In this document: positions 45,817 through 62,033 of the stretch, in pieces
Layout: every line of letters begins with the position of its first letter
How positions within the stretch are numbered: the stretch's first letter is position 1
Program-made: the position numbers and the translations under genes
The notes under the pieces: model-generated
Seen by the model: only the letters and a program-made list of their open reading frames with translations
Database searches by the model: none
Told to the model about the DNA's origin: nothing
Assembly: GCA_951406725.2 (NCBI GenBank)
Contig: OX597822.1
Coordinates: forward strand, 95,604,001-95,668,000
Direction: 5' to 3'
Source: Octopus vulgaris
Taxonomy: Eukaryota
DNA length: 64,000 bases

Positions 45817-46041
45817 ATATTTCTTTACTACCCACAAGGGGCTAAACATGGAGAGGACAAACAACGACAGACAAACGGATTAAGTCGATTACAGTGTGTA
45901 ACTGGTACTTAATTTAGCGACCCCGAAAGGATGAAAGGCAAAGTCAACCTCGGCGGAATTTGAACTCAGAACGTAACGACAGACGAAATAGCGCTAAGCA
46001 TTTCGCCCGGCGCGCTAACGTTTCTGCCAGCTCGCCGCCTT
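45817..46041 (-). mobile_element. SINE family B monomer
   Basis: Reverse copy with a small internal deletion. Confidence 0.85.
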
Positions 46042-46089
46042 ATACGTACTTTAAGTATGTGAGTGCGTGTGTGTGTATGTGTGTGTTGT

Positions 46090-46700
46090 TACGCCGCTTG
46101 TAACATCTTATCAAGAACCTATACCGATTGTACAATCAACTATTTGATGTTGTCATAAAATTTAACAATAATTTATAAATTTTGTCGCAGTGTTTCTTGT
46201 TCAAAATGATCGTAACGAAGAGAAAAAACCGTGATAAATTCTATACTATTAATAGTGGTTTGCATAGAAACGACTGTTTTACTGATACATTATAAATTTG
46301 CACATAGTTAAGAGACACATTTAGGAAAAAACCCCCATAACCGCTTTTAAAAATCCCTTTTTTTTTTTTCTGCCACTCTTCATGAATACTTGAAAAGTGT
46401 CTACTTTCTTGACGTAACATTGAGTTTAGAAATGTCTTTATATAAGCTGTTTGTGAAGCCTGCCATAAAGCTACAATTTAAGGACACATTCTCAAACCTT
46501 TGCGTACTATTAGGGTTTTGGTGAAGAAGGACTTCTTTACATTATATATTCTATCTTCAATTGAAAAAGTTCGATACGATATAATTATAGCCTGCAGTAA
46601 AGCACTCAATACATATTGAAAGTAAACTAATTTTCTGAATAAGTGGTTAAATTCTATATAAATGAACCAGAACAATTGGTCTGCTTAACAAACTTTTTGC
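46090..46700 (+). mobile_element. Very decayed PLE RT remnant
   Basis: KSVYFLDVTLSLEMSLYKLFVKP motif. Confidence 0.45.
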
Positions 46701-47304
46701 AAGGTATATATCTACGAGGTCTATATCTACAAGGTACGGGGTCCATATCCACACGTTGAAAGTGATGCCATCTCTAAACTATTGTAGAAGTATTTTGCAG
46801 CCTCTGCTCGGTCCAAAAATTGTGAAATTTCGTACAGTACGATTTACAATTTTGACCATATATTATTTACTGAATATTCTAATCTTTCTACACAACGCGG
46901 CAACTTTTCCCTTTCTACTTCTAATATTTCTAACTCTATAAATATCGATCCTTGCGCTCGAGCAGAAAACCGCCTGGCAAAAGAATTCTATAGATTCGCT
47001 CTAAATAGGTTCAGCAACTGAAACTATTGTTGGAAGGTTTTGTTAGCACGCTCTGTCGTTCTCTTATCAGAGTAGAGAATCAGCTACGTCTTTATAATGT
47101 CTCTAAAAGACAGCAATAACCTACCCCACCAAATAAGATTAACTGAAGGAACCCCACTTTCCCAAACTAGTGTCATCTTCTTACACCTAAATTTTTAAGA
47201 TTGTTTCCTCTAACTTAAAACTGTTCAACCAATATATAAAACATATTAAACATTCGAAGCTTGGAGGTGTGTCAGAAGTGGTGACACTAAATAATAGCGA
47301 AATA

Positions 47305-48575
47305 TACGAAGAGGCACCCAAAAGTAACCGGAAACGTCTTCACTGGGGCAAGCCCATTGTAGTTCAGGCTTATGCCGCTAATTGCCACTTGATGCGACCC
47401 TCAGATATCAGTCTGCCGACAGGTATCATCCATTGAAGTCGTAATTCCACTCGGTCCATCTTTGCTTAGTCGATTTTTGCGATAGCCGAAACGAAGGAAC
47501 AGCGTGCTTCCATGAAATCCTGTTTTCTGTTGGGGGAAACAGCGGCCGAAGCAGTTCTTATGCTTCAAACAGCTTACGAGGACAATGCTATGAGCAAAAC
47601 ATAAGTTTACCAGTGTTTTTCGCACTTTAGGAATGGTCACCTGTCGCTTGAAGACCAACCTTGCTCAGGACCGTCAACCTTCCGAACGAATGAAAACATC
47701 ATGAAAATTCAAGAACTGATCTTGGGGGACCGTCACAAAACAATTGACGAACTTGTTGGTATGATTGGCATGTCATGGGTCTCCTCCCAACGAATTTTGA
47801 GCGAGGAATTGTGAATGAAAAGAGTTGCAGCAAAATTTGTGCCTCACTTACTCACGGAAGAGCAAAAGCAGTCACGACTGAATGCGTGTCGTGAACTGAA
47901 AGAACAGCTGGAAGTTGACCAGACATTTTTTCGAAAGGACATCACTGGTGACGAAAACTGGTGCTACGGTCACGACCCGGAAACGAAGTAGCAATCAAGT
48001 CAATGGAAGCATTCAATGTCACCACATCCCCCAAAAGTGCGTCAAGGGAAGTCCAATGTCAAAACGATGCTGATTTGCTTCATCGATGCGAAAGAAATTG
48101 TCCACAGAATTTGCTCCTCATGGACATTTTACTTGGCAGTTCTGAAGCATTTGCGAGATGCGGTGTGACAAAAATGTCCCGACCTGTGGCAAAGTGGAGA
48201 GTGGTTGTCTCATCACGACAATGCTCCTGCAGACTTCACCTTCAGTGTGAGACAGTATTTGACCCGAATTGCATGATCCCGCTTACCCTTCCTATTCCCC
48301 TAATCTTGCTCCCCTGCGACTTGTTTTTGCTACCCCGAATGAAATAAATGTCCTCAAAAGAAGTCCTTTTGCAGATGTGGAAGAGGCGAAGAAAAAAATG
48401 ACGGAGGCGTTAAAAGGCATCACTTCGCAAGAGTTCCAGGACCACTTCGAACAGTGGAAAACGCGTCTGGGCCGATGCATTGCTTCAAATGGAGAATACT
48501 TTGAAGGTGCTAAAAGTGTAAACATGTAAAAGTAAGTCAATAAAATAATATTGCAAAATTCCAGTTTCCTACTCT
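47305..48575 (+). mobile_element. Near full-length defective mariner transposon
   Basis: EQRASMK...AAKFVPHLLT...ITGDENWCY...HHDNAPA...SYSPNLAPCD...CIASNGEYFEG; stops and frameshifts; 3' TIR decayed. Confidence 0.9.
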
Positions 48576-49339
48576 GTTTCCACAAACTATCTATAGCTTG
48601 TATTAGGTTGCAAATTTATGGCCATTTTACTAAAATGAATAAACCTTAAAACCCCTATATTCTTTACTGTATAAGAAAAAATAATTAAATAAAGTTTAGG
48701 GCAAATTTTTTATGTCTTAACACGAAAACAACTCCCAAATTGATATACTCGTACCATATTTAAGAAGAGCACATTCCGTGTGATCTCTCTATATTGACAT
48801 GAATACACCTCAAGCGAGATTTTTGCATTTAACAAATACCAGATCAGATCTGATTTCTTTATTAAATTTTATTATACTGTAGTACCTACCCTCAAGCCAC
48901 GCACTCACAAATAATACAGACACATAGAAATACACATGCACGCACACACACATAACACCATGTAACATTAATTTTTCTCTAACTAGGGAGCATAAGAATT
49001 TCAAATTACCAGTAAACTATGTTTAAAAGCGCAGCCTATAAATAGAATATATTCCTTCCGGCATCGTTCCTCCCCTTTTCCTAAATTGATGGGAAGAACG
49101 CCCTTCGATTTCCTTTGCTACTATTCCCTTATTAGTTAACATAAAATTAGAGGATTACCCCACCTTAGAAAGAAATATTTAATACACTATTTTCCACTGT
49201 AAACTAAATATTACCGCATACGCAACTTAAATTAACCACTTAATTTTCTACTTCTGCCAGTACTAAAATCTTTAATACACAAATCCCTCAAGGGCCCAAA
49301 CAAATATGTTAGACAATTTCTAATATTTCCGATTCAGTT

Positions 49340-49892
49340 AAGGTGCCGATCTGGAAGAATCATTAGTATGCCGGGCAAAATGTAAAGCGGCTATTTCGTT
49401 TGTCCTTACGCTCTGAGTTAAAATTCTGCTCAGGTCGACTGTGCCTTCTATCCATTCGGGGTCGATAAAAGAAGTACCAGTTGAGTATAGGGGTTAATGT
49501 AACCCTCTTTCGAAACTGCTGGCCTTGTTACCAAAATCTGAAACCAATATTTTTATTTCATTTAATAAATCGACGATGAAGATCATACTTTCGAAATCTA
49601 CAAGAATTAACTATCTGCTCAAAACCACCCACTACCTTTATTCATTTCCAGTCTGAAGACAGACATTCAACCTATCCTTTTATTACCTTTGTAAATCTTT
49701 TTTATATTGGTATATGCAAAGGCGGAGAACAGGCGGGATCGTTAGCACGCCGGGAGAAATGCTCAGCAGTGTTTCACCCCTCTTTACGTTCTGAGTTCAA
49801 ATTCCGCCGTGGTTGACGTTATTCTCATCCTTTCGGGGACTTATACCCTTCTCCGAAATTGATGGCCTTGTGACAGAATTTGAAGCCAATAT
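49340..49892 (+). mobile_element. Two old SINE B-related copies with a different tail (~49340-49550, ~49718-49892)
   Basis: Head and body like B; tail ggccttgt...tgaa(a/g)ccaatatt also seen at 18578-18800. Confidence 0.7.
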
Positions 49893-50218
49893 TGGTGCAT
49901 GCACCCGCTTATCTTCATTGATAAATAAAATTGACATTTGTAGATACCCACTCTAGTCTACCCATGTAGATTATTGCTATGAATATAAGCATAAATATTC
50001 GAAACCATATCTAACAGATCTAGGAATCCGTTGATATGTATTTAATATATTTTTCAATGTATTCGCTTTCTTTATTCCTTCTTAAAGAATAACATATCTT
50101 AATGACTTGATTACCATGCTTAATTTAACACATTACATACATATTAATTTAGTAATTATTAATCCTCACGAACTACGCCGTAGATAAAAGTATAAAGAGT
50201 TTTTATTTCTTTTTGATA

Positions 50219-50517
50219 TCTTTATATATAAAGGTGAAGTTGTGTGTCTGTCTCCTCCGATTTAGATTCCTAACTACTCCCACATTTTGCGGTGCAGTTT
50301 AACCAAAAACCGGGTATCTTATAGTCGTGATACATATCGAGCCCTTCTGGGTATTAGCGCGCGTCTACGATGAGTCTACGATTAAAAAAAAAAATTACCA
50401 TCATTTTTTCCCATTTTTAACGCATTTTTTGCTATTATATAAGGGAAGTAACTCTCTAAAAATGCTTATATAGTTATTTCCCTTACAAACCCGAGCAACG
50501 CCGGGCGATACTGCTAG
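50219..50517 (+). mobile_element. Complete 299-bp non-autonomous Helitron
   Basis: A|TC...CCCGAGCAACGCCGGG hairpin...CTAG|T, no TSD. Confidence 0.92.
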
Positions 50518-50875
50518 TATTTAATACAAACTAACCACTTACTCGCTTCCAATACAAACATTAGAACTAAACAAAACATGAGAATTACTCATCTGCCCCG
50601 TCATTAACTCCATTAAGTTCGAATTCATTTCAAATATCTAACTTCATTATTCTTTTGGAAAAACAAATGAAAATAGCACATGATGTTGAGGGTTAGCCAG
50701 CAACGGTATATCTGTTAAAATGTTTTGTTTACAAGCTTTAACGTTTTGCTATTAAAATGTCCTTCACCCACCACTACTTTAACAACTTGTAAAATACGCT
50801 TCATTTTAAGTATTTGTTTGCAGTTAGTTAAATCTATTAATTAAATGAATGATAGCCAACTACCCTCTCTTTAAT

Positions 50876-51309
50876 GGGATCTTTTCGGTTTGAACGGCAG
50901 TTTTTTCTAGTGGTGTCATATGAAATTTTCACCCATAATTATGACCCTAGAATCGATCTATTGCATTTCAATCTCTTTTAGGGTTAGGGTTAGTTAGGGT
51001 TAGGGTTAGGGGTGGGGGAAGGGTATCTTCTTTTCTTCACAAATGTAAATAAACCCAATCTGTTTCTTAAACGAGGGACATATTCATAGGGCACAGAATG
51101 CTTTTTAACTCAATAGACGTTACTGATTGCTTGAAATTGCCGAAAGGCAAGAAATTAAAGACCAAACATCTTACAAACTATAGAATTTTCTCAATAAAGC
51201 CAAGAGAAAAAGATGTTTTATAAACACATTCTACCAGTATACGAAGTTGAAATTTTTTTAGTTACCTAGAAATTATGTTAAAAACTGCGGTTCAAACCGA
51301 AAAGATCCC
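50876..51309. mobile_element. MITE with ~30-bp TIRs, 6-bp TSD and internal TTAGGG repeats
   Basis: TIR GGGATCTTTTCGGTTTGAAC(G/C)GCAGTTTTT; TTTAAT on both sides. Confidence 0.9.
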
Positions 51310-51824
51310 TTTAATGCTCCACTTATGTACCACGTGATATACATTCCTTCTGTCTCCTCCACTTCAAATTCTCTAAAAGTCTTTGAAACAGCTTTTGCCG
51401 GAGGCTCTTTTCCATTTAGCTATGTATGCCAATATAACATAATCAAACATCCAACTCTCCTACGCTGTTTTGAACAAGCCACTCAATCGTGAAATTTTTA
51501 AGTCGCTGTTAACCCACATGAAATAACTACAACAAATACATAGATATGCATATATACACACATATATGCATACATAAATATATACACATATACATATACA
51601 TATATATACATACATATATGCATACATAAATATATATACATATACATATATATTCATACATACATACATATATATACATATACATATATATTCATACATA
51701 CATACATATATATACATATACATATATATTCATACATACATACATATATATACATATACATATATATTCATACATACATACATATACATATACATACATA
51801 TTCATACATACATACATACATACA

Positions 51825-51857
<33 letters not shown>

Positions 51858-51939
51858 CTTCATACATACATACATACATATACATATATATTCATACATA
51901 CATACATACATATACATATATATATTCATACATACATAC

Positions 51940-51971
<32 letters not shown>

Positions 51972-52057
51972 TTGTATATCCTTCCATTCATACACCCTAC
52001 CAGACGCTCATAGTTATTCTTTGTATGTACGTCAGTGTACGAATGTATGTATATGAT

Positions 52058-52440
52058 TGGAAGCACTCCGTCGGTTACGACGACGAGGGTTCCGGTTGAT
52101 CTGAATCAACGGAACAGCCTGCTCGTGAAATTAACGTGTAAGTGGCTGAGCACTCCACAGACACGTGTACCCTTAACGTAGTTCTCGGGGATATTCAGCG
52201 TGACACAGAGAGTGACAAGGCCGGCCCTTTGAAATACAGGTACAACAGAAACAGGAAGTAAGAGTGAGAGAAAGTTGTGGTGAAAGAGTACAGCAGGGAT
52301 CACCACCGTCCCCTGCCGGAGCCTCGTGGAGCTTTAGGTGTTTTCGCTCAATAAACACTCACAACGCCCGGTCTGGGAATCGAAACCGTGATCCTATGAC
52401 CGCGAGTCCGCTGCCCTAACCACTGGGCCATTGCGCCTCC
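52058..52440 (-). mobile_element. SINE family D
   Basis: Full-length reverse copy. Confidence 0.9.
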
Positions 52441-52710
52441 AGGTATGTATATAATCCATACATATATATATATATATTCATATGTATTTACATACATAAA
52501 CACATATGCATGTGTATATACATGCATATATATATATATATATATATACAGTATACATATATACGCGTATGTGTAGTGTAAGTATCTATATTATATATAA
52601 TGCACATTATATGTAATATGTACCTCCCTCTCTCACTCTCTTTCTCTTTACGATATATATATATATATATATATATATCAACATATACACGTACATAGAT
52701 ACATACATAC

Positions 52711-53273
<563 letters not shown>

Positions 53274-53283
53274 GTATAATAAA

Positions 53284-54470
53284 TCTCTTGGCTTGGCTTC
53301 ACGAACGATGATTAAGAAGGAGTTGGTCCATGTTGTTTTGCCGGTACACTTGTGGACGACAAGGCCAACGCGGGACAGACACGGGCGAAGTGGCTGCAAT
53401 TGAAAGTTTGGTCAGAAGTTTATGACGTGGTGTTGAGGTTCTTCTTGTTGTGACTTTTGTCCTTGAGAGTAGCCCTGCAGGTGTTTTCGATTGACGAGAC
53501 ATCGTGCTTGATGGTGAAACGCCAGTTGTCACGGTCCTCGGCTAAGGCTGACCATTGGCGATGGGCGATGTGACAAGCTAGAAGGGATTTTTTTCGAACA
53601 ATCCCTGTATCGCTTCTTTGGTGCCGATGGAGAGTTCGCCGTACAACAGGATCTATCTTGGCCTCAGAAATATGGCCTCAATGCTGGTGACCTCTGTCTG
53701 CTTTAGGACTTCAATTTTGGTGACGAAGTCACTCCAATAGATGTTGAGGATGACGTGGAAGCTCTCGAGAAGTCGTGAATGGTGGAGATAAATGACCCAC
53801 GATTCTGAGTCATATAGGAGGGTCGTAAGGGCAATGGCTCTGTACACGTTGGTCATGGTGCTTTTATCAGACGTTTGTTGTTACATATGCGTTTGAAAAG
53901 TCTTCCAAATGTACTGTTCACCATTACTAGACTGTGACAGATTTCCCCGTCGATCTCGGTATCCTATATGATGGTGCACTCTAGGTAGGTGAGCCGATGA
54001 ACTGTTTTCAATTCAGTCTCATTAATGGTGATGAGGGGTGGGCGGTACTCTTCCCAGGGTGCAGGCTGGTGGAATATCTTCGTCTTCTTTATGTTGCCTT
54101 CTAACACAAAGAGCTGCACAGCCTCTGCGAAGCCGGACGTGAGGCACTTCAAGGTTCCTTCTGTATGGTCAACAAGAGCAACATCATCAACAAAGATGAT
54201 GCCTCAAATCCGTTGTTCCAGGGTCTTTTGCATTGATATCTGGGGTTGAATTCATCATCGACAGTTGCGAATATCTAAACAATGGCAAATGTATTCAAAA
54301 CAGATGGAATCATTACTGCCATGAATACAGAGGTATCGATTGCTCGCCGACAGGTTTATGGTCGAACCTGTGGCAGTTTAGACCGCCGGAGTTCTCGGCC
54401 CCCGAACCATATCTCTGCTCACTGCTGTGGGGCGGAGGTGACTATCCGCAAGTGCTAGCCCCGTGAGTCA
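53284..54470 (-). mobile_element. Decayed RTE-1/BovB-like LINE 3' part
   Basis: FVDDVALV...KKTKIFHQP...LTYL...VYRAIALTTLLYDSESW...SRVGLVVH; tail gaagccaagccaaga. Confidence 0.85.
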
Positions 54471-55623
54471 GAGTGACTGTTCAATTTTGTCTGCTCGGAC
54501 CACGTGATGGCCTGAATTACAGGAAATCCAGAAAAATGTAAGCTTACTACACGAACTATAAACTTACACAACCCCTCTTCACGAAAAGCAGAGATAAGCC
54601 AGAAGCAAATAGCAGCACTGATGGTGATGTAGATGACTCTGCTTATAGTTGCTTCTTGGTTATCGTTATATTCATATAAAAGTTCATCACTCTTATTGCA
54701 TTATTCAGAAAGTGCATGTTTAACAGAGGAGTCATAACAATCTGTGACACTTCTGAGAAGCATTTCACATACAAATTAGTGTTAAACAGAGAAGGTAAAG
54801 AAAATCATCATAAGGTCTCTCTGTGTGGATATAATGTAGTCTGGGTCGACCAGTGAGCATCTTAGTATATAGTGTTATTCAGTGGAGGGCACAAATAGTA
54901 AGGATTAGGCAAAATAATTGAAATGGAGCACAGGTAGATGAAATACAACCAGGCTGTGTGGAGAGTTCCAAGAGAACACACCCACCTGTTGAGTACAAAG
55001 TTTGTTAAAGTGTAAATATCTTGCTCTAAATTAGATGTCTTTAGAATCAATCGCTGATAATGCGTTGAGAAATTGTCAATAATTTGCTAATTAAGGGGTA
55101 CGTTGTATCAGCTGTAGCGTCTAATGAGACGGGCAGTATGTAATTATTTTGTGAAATACATGAAAAAAAATTAATCAAGTATGTGTACGTATGTATGTGA
55201 GTGTGTGATGGGTGCGTGTGTATGCATACGTTTCTATATGTATGTATTACGCACACAAAGACGTACGCACATAGAAACACGCACACAAACTCATATACAA
55301 ACATACATATACATATATTATGATTTCACTTGGACGTAGAGATACTAATCACCAGTTTTTAGAACTCAGTATGCATATGCTTTACACTAAACTGTTGGAC
55401 GAGTGGGGAGCATAATATTAATTAATTATTTTTAAAAACTAATTAATGAAAAAAATACAGGAGCTACGTATCCACGTTCATTAGCTAACAACAGTTTCTG
55501 CTATGAGAAGCAGTGAACTCAGAGCTGAGTGCTTGTGCACCGTCTAATAGTAGAAAGTGCAAACTAATGAAGGTGATTACGTAAATCTTAATCTTTTGGC
55601 ATTCAATATATATATATGGATGA

Positions 55624-55924
55624 AAGGCGGCGAGCTGGCAGAAACTTTAGCACGCTGGGCGAAATGCTTCGCGGTATTTCGTCTGCCGTTACGTTGTGAG
55701 TTCAAATTCCGCCGAGGTCAACTTTGCCTTTCATCCTTTCGGGGTCGATAAATTAAGTACCAGTTACGCACTGGGGTCGATATATAATCGACTTAATCCG
55801 TTTGTCTGTCCTTGTTTGTCCCCTCTGTGTTCAGCCCCTTGTGGGTAGTAAAGAAATAGGTATTTCGTCTGCCGCTACGTTCTGAGTTCAAATTCCGCCG
55901 AGGTCAACTTTGCCTTTCATCCTT
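55624..55924 (+). mobile_element. SINE family B monomer plus partial second unit (from 55859)
   Basis: Same aaagaaata|GGTATTTCG junction as the 7-mer. Confidence 0.9.
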
Positions 55925-56143
55925 AATAATTTTTCTAATAAAAAACTCTATTATCAAATTAGGAACTTTAAACATTATGATTATGTCATACAACCCAATT
56001 ATTATGTTAAATATTAATTTTTAAGGTAAAAAAAATAGATAGAAAAATGTATTTATCTATTAAGATATAATATGGCTTTTTAAAAAAACATAATAAACTC
56101 ACGAATATCCTAATCTCAGTTATAATCAATATCTAATTACCAA

Positions 56144-56180
<37 letters not shown>

Positions 56181-56184
56181 TTGT

Positions 56185-56269
<85 letters not shown>

Positions 56270-56270
56270 G

Positions 56271-56355
<85 letters not shown>

Positions 56356-56361
56356 ATTTAG

Positions 56362-57365
56362 GGATGGTCATGTTGCCAGTTTAGCCAATAAAAACACACG
56401 CACTACATATTTGGTGTTATTTGCTTCAGCTTTATTTATTTTTTACATTAATCTTCTTTCGGCCAGAGTTCTTTCGTCACACTTCTGTGACCTCATCAGC
56501 GGTCCTTTGTTTTCTTCTTTCTTATTTGTGTATCTCTCCTTACTAACGGTCAACCATTTTGTATTATGTATTCGTATTGTATGTGACTTTATTTGTGCGT
56601 GCGTATACCCCGATGTGTGTCTATGTTTAGTAAGTGCATGTGTGTGTGTGTGTGGGGGGGGAGTGCCTGTATTATCTGAATCCCCTGTTTATACACGTTC
56701 ATGTAATCTGTTTTTATTTATTTTGTTCATGTGTTTATACCTACTTATTATTTTTGTATTTAATTTAACACCATTGGCTAAACTGGCAGTAAATGACATT
56801 GGTAGAAAGGCAGGTAACGGAGTTGGTGATATGATAAAGTAGGATGATCGGTGCCTGTGAGGATGCTGGTGTGGGTAGGGTGGGAGGAGGAGAAGTTAAG
56901 ATAAGTGTGAGTCGCTGTGTTTGTAGTGGATGGAGGTAAGGAGGGCGGAGTGATGTGTATTGACCGAAATGTCGGGGAAATGTGATGGAAGTGTTGGAAA
57001 TAGTGCAGGAGAATTTGAGGGCAGGATGGAAGGATTGGAGAAAGAGAAGAAGGATTCTGGCTGTTCGTGCAAGAGTGAGGTTGCACTGATACAGTAATCA
57101 ATATAAAGACCGTACAGTCCGGGAGTGGGACCGGTGAATCGTGAGAATATTTGGCCTCAACGTAGCGAACGTACAGTTTCGCATAGTTAGGGACCATTCT
57201 CGTTCCCATGGCCACCCACACGAGCCTGTCGGTAAGAATTCCCCCGCAAACGAGAAGCAGCCAGACGAAGAAGTGTGGCGGTGTCAGGTTGCTGATTTGG
57301 TCGAAGGTCTCGGAAGAGTTTGAGTGCAAAAAGTCCTTCGTTGTGTGGGTTCACCGTACATAGTT
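56362..57365 (-). mobile_element. Decayed Penelope-like element (RT remnant plus pLTR with hammerhead)
   Basis: PHNEGLFAL...PDTATLLRLA, VAMGTRMVPNYAKLYV, TYLNFSSSHPTHT; short inverted repeat ~56368-56389/56773-56797. Confidence 0.8.
56461..56505 (-). ncRNA. Minimal type I hammerhead ribozyme motif, intact core
   Basis: ggaccg CTGATGA g GTCACA-gaag-TGTGAC GAAA gaac TC tggcc. Confidence 0.65.
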
Positions 57366-57417
57366 TCTTGATATTAAGAGTGAATATATACACATATATA
57401 TATATTTATGCGTATGT

Positions 57418-57645
57418 GTGTGTGTGTGCGCGTCTGTGTTTGTCCCCCACCCACCATCGCTTGACAACCAATGTTGATGAGTTTATGTCCCCGTAACCTA
57501 GCGGTTTGGCAAAATAGACCGATAGAATGAATACTAGGCTTACAAAGAATATTTTGTGCGGTCGATTTCTTCGACCAAGACCCTTTAAGGTGGGGCTCCC
57601 GCATGGCCGCAGTCAAATGACTGAAGCATGTAAAAGAGGAAAAGA
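57418..57645 (+). mobile_element. SINE family A, 3' half
   Basis: Homologous to other A copies. Confidence 0.8.
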
Positions 57646-57675
57646 AATTATGTATGTATGTATCTCTCTCTCTCT

Positions 57676-57720
<45 letters not shown>

Positions 57721-57823
57721 GGAGTAAACACATAAATGTGAAACAAGGTAGAAAAAAAGAGTACTCAAATACCAGGGATAGAGTAATATGTTTTATTTAA
57801 AAGTAGCAGAAATTCAACAAAAC

Positions 57824-57861
57824 CTGTTACTCGGAGTTTCACGTTCCCGTTCGTCGGACAG
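57824..57861 (-). ncRNA. Hammerhead-like motif with U4C core change
   Basis: ctgt CCGACGA ACG-ggaa-CGT GAAA CTC-c-GAG TA acag. Confidence 0.55.
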
Positions 57862-58167
57862 TTTAAATAAAGTATATATATATATATATAAAAGTTACTG
57901 GAAAAACAATAAGTATTTGCAAACAGGTCTCCCTTCATCGAAAACCGGTGATTGCCGTAAGCCGAAGACAGGCAAATACCTAGAAACTGCAGTCCGTGCG
58001 TATCACTTAGGTTTACGAGAGAGGGATGACCTCCCTTTGCAAATACCATAAGGGCACAGGAAGTGTGCCTAAAGCCAGCTGGAGACGATGATCTCCTGGG
58101 GCTAAAAGCTACAGTAACACCCACCCTCAGTGGTTAGCCATATTGAGATGGCTAGTATACTTTACGT

Positions 58168-58228
<61 letters not shown>

Positions 58229-58237
58229 CTTTTCTTT

Positions 58238-58890
58238 AAGACCAGGCTATCAGTTGTTGCTACACATCGCTGGTCACAATGCGCTTCACATTGTTGTAGC
58301 CTTCAAATGACGCCACCCCGCTGGCTAGGCGAGCAGGCCAACAGAAGAAAGAGTGAGAGCAGGCTGTGGCGAAAGAGTACAGCAGGGATCGCCACCACAT
58401 CCTGCCGGAGCCTCGTGGAGCTTTAGGTGTTTTCGCCCAATATTGGAAGAACTCCGTCGGTTACGACGACGAGGGTTCCGGTTGATCCGATCAACGGAAC
58501 AGCCTGCTCGAGAAATTAACGTGTAAGTGGCTGAGCACTCCATAGACACGTGTACCCTTAACGTAGTTCTCGGGGATATTCAGCGTGACACAGAGAGAGA
58601 CAAGGCCAGCCCCTTGAAATACAGGTACAACAGAAACAGGAAATAAGAGTGAGAGAAAGTTGTGGTGAAAGAGTACATCAGGGTTCACCACCATCCCTGC
58701 CGGAGCCTCGTGGAGCTTTTAGGTGTTTTCGCTCAATAAACACTCACAACGCCCGGTCTGGGAATCGAAACCGCGATCCTATGACCGCGAGTCCGCTGCC
58801 CTAACCACTGGGCCATTGCGCCTCCACCTTCACCCAACAAACACTCACAACGCCCGGTCTGGGAATTGAAACCGTGATCGTACGACGGCT
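58238..58890 (-). mobile_element. SINE family E (D-like head, third tail) with nested SINE D at 58444-58825
   Basis: E body 58238-58442 resumes at ~58833; tail also found at ~24408-24508. Confidence 0.8.
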
Positions 58891-59169
58891 AGTCGTAGGA
58901 TCACGATCCTTGAGACTCCAAGGCAAGAACAGACCATAACTAACGTAATTTCGAAATGTAAAGATATGTAACTAAACACGCATCGGAAACCAATATCGAT
59001 ATTTAATATCGGTTCATGATATTTCATATGCCCAGAACCAAATTCGGTTTCATCATTAAGGATTATTTTAAATATACATACATACATGTATATCTATCCA
59101 TCTATCTATCTATCTATCTAGCTATTTGTCTGCCTCTCTATCTGTTTGACTGCCTGTCTGCATATAGAT

Positions 59170-60760
<1,591 letters not shown>

Positions 60761-60825
60761 ATACTTTGATAGGTATATCGGCCATATATATGCCCATACA
60801 TATATATATATATATAGCACCACCT

Positions 60826-60899
<74 letters not shown>

Positions 60900-61310
60900 G
60901 GCGCAGGAGTGGCTGTGTGGTAAGTAGCTTGCTTACCAACCACATGGTTCCAGTTTCAGTCCCACTGCGTGGCACCTTGGGCAAGTGTCATCTGCTATAG
61001 CCCCGGGCCGACCAATGCCTTGTGAGTGGATTTGGTAGACGGAAACTGAAAGAAGCCTGTCGTATGTATGCATATATATATGTATGTATGTGTGTGTGTT
61101 TGTGTGTCTGTGTTTGTCCCCCTAGCATTGCTTGACAACCGATGCTGGTGTGTTTACGTCCCCGTCACTTAGCGGTTCGGCAAAAGAGACCGATAGAATA
61201 AGTACTGGACTTACAAAAGAATAAGTCCCGGGATCGATTTGCTCGACTAAAGGCGGTGCTCCAGCATGGCCACAGTCAAATGACTGAAACAAGTAAAAAA
61301 AAAAGAGAAA
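60900..61310 (+). mobile_element. SINE family A, full length
   Basis: ggcgcaggagtggctgtgtggtaag head through gactgaaacaagtaaaa tail. Confidence 0.9.
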
Positions 61311-61801
61311 AAGAGAGAGAGACATATATATGTATTATATATGTATATATAATAATATGTAATAATTCATATAATTGCAAGAGGATAGTCTTTTTAAAGC
61401 AATCAATAATGCTAAAATTTAATTTTTATTTTTCAATCCAGGGTGTAATTGTTTATTTAAGCAAACATAACTGATAATCTGCGTCTAATTATGAGGAAAA
61501 TGCCTGAAGTAGCTGATGATGATTATGTCAAATGTTGCTGAAGATAATTAAAAAGCATACAATGAAATATGGACGAAATTTTCTTATTATTTCTGAATTT
61601 CTCGAAATATTTTTTGTTATCTAAACAAACACTAATTTCTTTAACACCTTCTCCACCGATTATGTCACTGGACATTTACAAAACAAACATTTGATGTATC
61701 TTTCAAATAATTTTATGCAAACATAAAAGTAAGATAGAGAATCATGTCATGGGTGTTCATGTTTACTGCATATATCAAACATCATATACAGTATATTATA
61801 T

Positions 61802-62033
61802 AAGGCGGCGAGCTGGCAGACACGTTAGCGCGCCGGGCGAAATGCTTAGCAGTATTTCGTCTGCCGTTACGTTCTGAGTTCAAATTCCGCCGAGAGCGAC
61901 TTTGCCTTTCATCCTTTCGGGGTCGATAAATTAAGTACCAGTTACGCACTGGGGTAGATATAATCGACTTAATCCGTTTGTCTGTCCTTGTTTGTCCCCT
62001 CTGTGTTTAGACCCTTATGGGCAATAAAGAAAT
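61802..62033 (+). mobile_element. SINE family B monomer
   Basis: Approximate TSD gtatat(t/a)atat. Confidence 0.9.

Noticed and set aside
50978-51023. Telomere or chromosome fusion scar
   Set aside because: Few repeats, and enclosed by TIRs and a TSD
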